From positions 1 to 24,270 of the forward strand of contig JBKHIT010000067.1 of the NCBI GenBank assembly GCA_046538485.1: DNA of 24,270 nucleotides, read 5' to 3'. The notes beneath the pieces were generated by a model that saw nothing but the letters and a program-made list of their open reading frames with translations, had not been told where the DNA came from and did not search any database. The position numbers were made by a program, and so were the translations under genes. Positions 23,837 through 24,270 of this stretch are shown one piece after another. How positions within the stretch are numbered: the first letter of the stretch is position 1; every line of letters begins with the position of its first letter. The DNA comes from Candidatus Brocadiia bacterium (lineage in GTDB: Bacteria > Planctomycetota > Brocadiia > SM23-32).

Positions 23837-23899
23837 GAGCGGATTGGACTTCAGCACCAGGCTGACAATTGAAAGCGGCGCTGGCGCGCGCGCTCCAAG
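23837..23899 (+). repeat. Chimeric repeat: truncated family C joined directly to family A
   Basis: GAGCGGATTGGACTTCAGCACCAGGCTGA followed by CAATTGAAAGCGGCGCTGGCGCGCGCGCTCCAAG, nearly identical to 12904-12940. Confidence 0.7.
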
Positions 23900-23965
23900 T
23901 AAATATTCAGTGAACCACGTTCACCGAATAGTCGCATCTTCTTCGATAGAGCATCATGAGCCCGG

Positions 23966-24215
23966 TTAGCCCGCCGGAGGCGGGCGTTTCAGAGTTAGCC
24001 CGGGGTGAGTGGGAGCGAACCCCGGGGGCAGAGCAAGCCCATCATCCGCGGATCGCCTCGCCGGAGGCGAGGGCCGCAACCTTCGATGGCCCCGGCCCTC
24101 GAAGGTTACGGCCACGAACAGTTCGTGCGATCCGCTCCATTACCAGACCCTCATCCTCAACCCCGGACTCCCCCGCTCCGCGGGGTCGGCCGGGGCTACG
24201 TCTGAGGCGCCCGCG
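23966..24215. repeat. Inverted pair of family-D-like multi-hairpin REP-like units
   Basis: GCCCGCCGGAGGCGGGC..TCAGAGTTAGCCCGGGGTGAG...GAACCCCGGG (about 23969-24026) and the inverted CCCCGGACTCCCCCGCTCCGCGGGGTCGGCCGGGGCTACGTCTGAGGCGCCCGC (about 24161-24214). Confidence 0.6.
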
Positions 24216-24270
24216 TTGCAGCCATTTTAAAGGGGGAGTTAATCAGAGACAATCAACGAAATCGGAAATC

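Noticed and set aside
12664..24270. CRISPR array or integron attC cassette array
   Set aside because: The repeats are degenerate, irregularly spaced and in mixed orientation, with no constant-length spacers, no cas or integrase gene and no consistent RYYYAAC/GTTRRRY boxes.
1..24270. tRNA, rRNA or riboswitch, including a cobalamin riboswitch upstream of the methyltransferase
   Set aside because: No cloverleaf, rRNA segment or B12-box was recognisable by eye; an Rfam scan would be needed to exclude them formally.

Overview
GC-rich bacterial DNA, most likely from a PVC-superphylum organism (Planctomycetota or Lentisphaerae-like; inferred from the prepilin/DUF1559-type gene, the GntR-LacI hybrid regulator and the repeat types). 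The core (2.7-20.2 kb, + strand) is a polysaccharide-utilisation-like locus with no transporter in the window. It starts at a consensus sigma70 promoter and holds a prepilin-type protein, a GntR/LacI-type regulator, a decayed second prepilin-type gene, five tandem secreted GH71-like (alpha-1,3-glucanase-like) paralogues and a clan-A glycoside hydrolase without a signal peptide. The outer two paralogues are fused to a CBM-like domain and an FGE/C-type-lectin fold. The inner three end in a Ca-binding TSP3-like module and a shared acidic 'LLDELxE' tail, and one of them lacks the WNDYxE glutamate. Divergently on the - strand are a URO-D/MtaA-superfamily methyltransferase and an oligogalacturonate-lyase-like beta-propeller that is missing from the ORF track and runs into a REP-like repeat at the window edge. 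The right end has a MoxR AAA+ ATPase (probable CTG start), pgsA and an Asp-box beta-propeller protein. Intergenic regions carry at least five families of palindromic REP-like repeats and a 69-bp AT-rich direct repeat. All family assignments come from motif recognition by eye; no database searches were run.
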